From Candidatus Nanoarchaeia archaeon (lineage in GTDB: Archaea; Nanobdellota; Nanobdellia; Woesearchaeales; UBA525): 64,000 bases of DNA. The notes beneath the pieces were generated by a model. It was given only the letters and a program-made list of their open reading frames with translations. It was not told the DNA's origin and searched no databases. Shown one piece after another: positions 63,438 through 64,000 of the stretch. The DNA lies in assembly GCA_028279755.1 (NCBI GenBank), contig JANQNB010000010.1, forward strand, positions 92,963-156,962, in the 5' to 3' direction. Numbering within the stretch: position 1 is the stretch's first letter; each line of letters begins with the position of its first letter. Both the position numbers and the translations under genes were made by a program.

Positions 63438-64000
63438 TGCCGTGCGGTACACTTCGACACGGCGCTCGCTGATGTGCGGGACTGCGACTGCAGTGCCGTC
63501 CTGGCTCACTGCCGGACTGCGGAGATAGACAGGCACGTGCGGATCAGGCCGCATCGAGATGCGGACAGCCCGGCAATTCTCCTTGGTATCAGTGCGCCAC
63601 GCGCTCACTTCATCGCCTCGTCCGTCGAGTGCAGGCGCGACAGTCCAGAGCAACTTGCCGTCTTCATCGAGCGCGAACCGGGTGGGCATATTTTTGAGCT
63701 TTCTCTCCGAGACGACAACTCGGGGTGATGGCGTGCCGAGTTGGTGACGGACAATGCCGCCATTGTGCTTGTAGTAGATGTTCGGCTGCTCTGGCGACGT
63801 GAATTGCCGCTCAAGTCCTCTGTCTACCTGGACTGATTGCCCGCCGAGGGCGTCGCGTATCATCTGTTGCCCGATGTCAACAGTGCTGTAATAGCCGTCC
63901 TCGACTGCGAGGACAAGCCATTTCGGTGTATGGTCTTCTCTGAAGTCAGCGAACTCAAAATCGTCAAAATCATCATTTTTCCAGCGTCGCAGCACCAGGT
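63429..64000 (-). CDS. Hypothetical protein, partial (N-terminus probably beyond window end)
   Basis: Open frame to the window edge; the track start is a GTG. Confidence 0.4.
   Translation of the reverse strand, partial: LVLRRWKNDDFDDFEFADFREDHTPKWLVLAVEDGYYSTVDIGQQMIRDALGGQSVQVDRGLERQFTSPEQPNIYYKHNGGIVRHQLGTPSPRVVVSERKLKNMPTRFALDEDGKLLWTVAPALDGRGDEVSAWRTDTKENCRAVRISMRPDPHVPVYLRSPAVSQDGTAVAVPHISERRVEVYRTALQ

Noticed and set aside
1-64000. CRISPR arrays, rRNA genes, transposases/integrases
   Set aside because: No direct-repeat/spacer periodicity, no rRNA-like conserved stretches and no transposase/integrase motifs were seen. The AT-rich islands therefore lack an obvious mobility gene within this window.

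Overview
The window is a densely coded, GC-rich (high-50s % by eye) stretch that looks archaeal. Evidence for that: PCNA, RNase J, two TrmB regulators, a tandem Lrp/AsnC regulator, form-III RuBisCO with the AMP-salvage partners (AMP phosphorylase, ribose-1,5-bisphosphate isomerase), a eukaryote/archaeal-type TrpRS, and a type-II tRNA with a predicted intron. I saw no rRNA, no CRISPR array and no obvious transposase. Most genes are on the minus strand, many joined by 4-nt ATGA overlaps. The ORF track lists GTG/TTG starts as M, and a few of my hand-derived coordinates may be off by 1-2 nt.

Strongest calls: purL (5' end, partial), ferritin, pcn, rnj, rbcL-deoA-R15P isomerase operon, a beta-CASP MBL nuclease, gyrA, scpB, trpS, an ABC transporter (SBP-ATPase-permease), an AmmeMemoRadiSam-type radical SAM, IMPase, MFS, CBS, GNAT, and a presenilin/SPP-like protease.

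The most unusual signal is a translationally coupled array of six paralogous proteins at 8063-19471 (minus). Each ends in the phospho-His 'swivel' domain of PEP synthase/PPDK (...DEGG.TCHAAIVARE...PCVIG) but has no ATP-grasp domain and no PEP/pyruvate TIM-barrel. The array is interleaved with PCNA, a stand-alone CheY-like receiver, RNase J and a divergent TrmB regulator.

Other points of interest:
- Two AT-richer islands, about 30.9-37.6 kb and 41.3-43.4 kb.
- The second island carries a cyclodipeptide-synthase-like gene (apparent Ser->Cys at the catalytic position) next to a tandem Lrp regulator.
- A family of secreted cysteine-rich proteins shares a 'DAKxCPDGSxVGR...PCP' repeat and a common C-terminal module; one carries a DsbA-like domain.
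- A 1361-aa repeat-rich surface protein sits beside a HerA/DUF87 ATPase.
- RbcL carries a poly-Lys C-terminal tail.
- A palindromic AT-rich motif (TCTATATAGA core) recurs at two sites.
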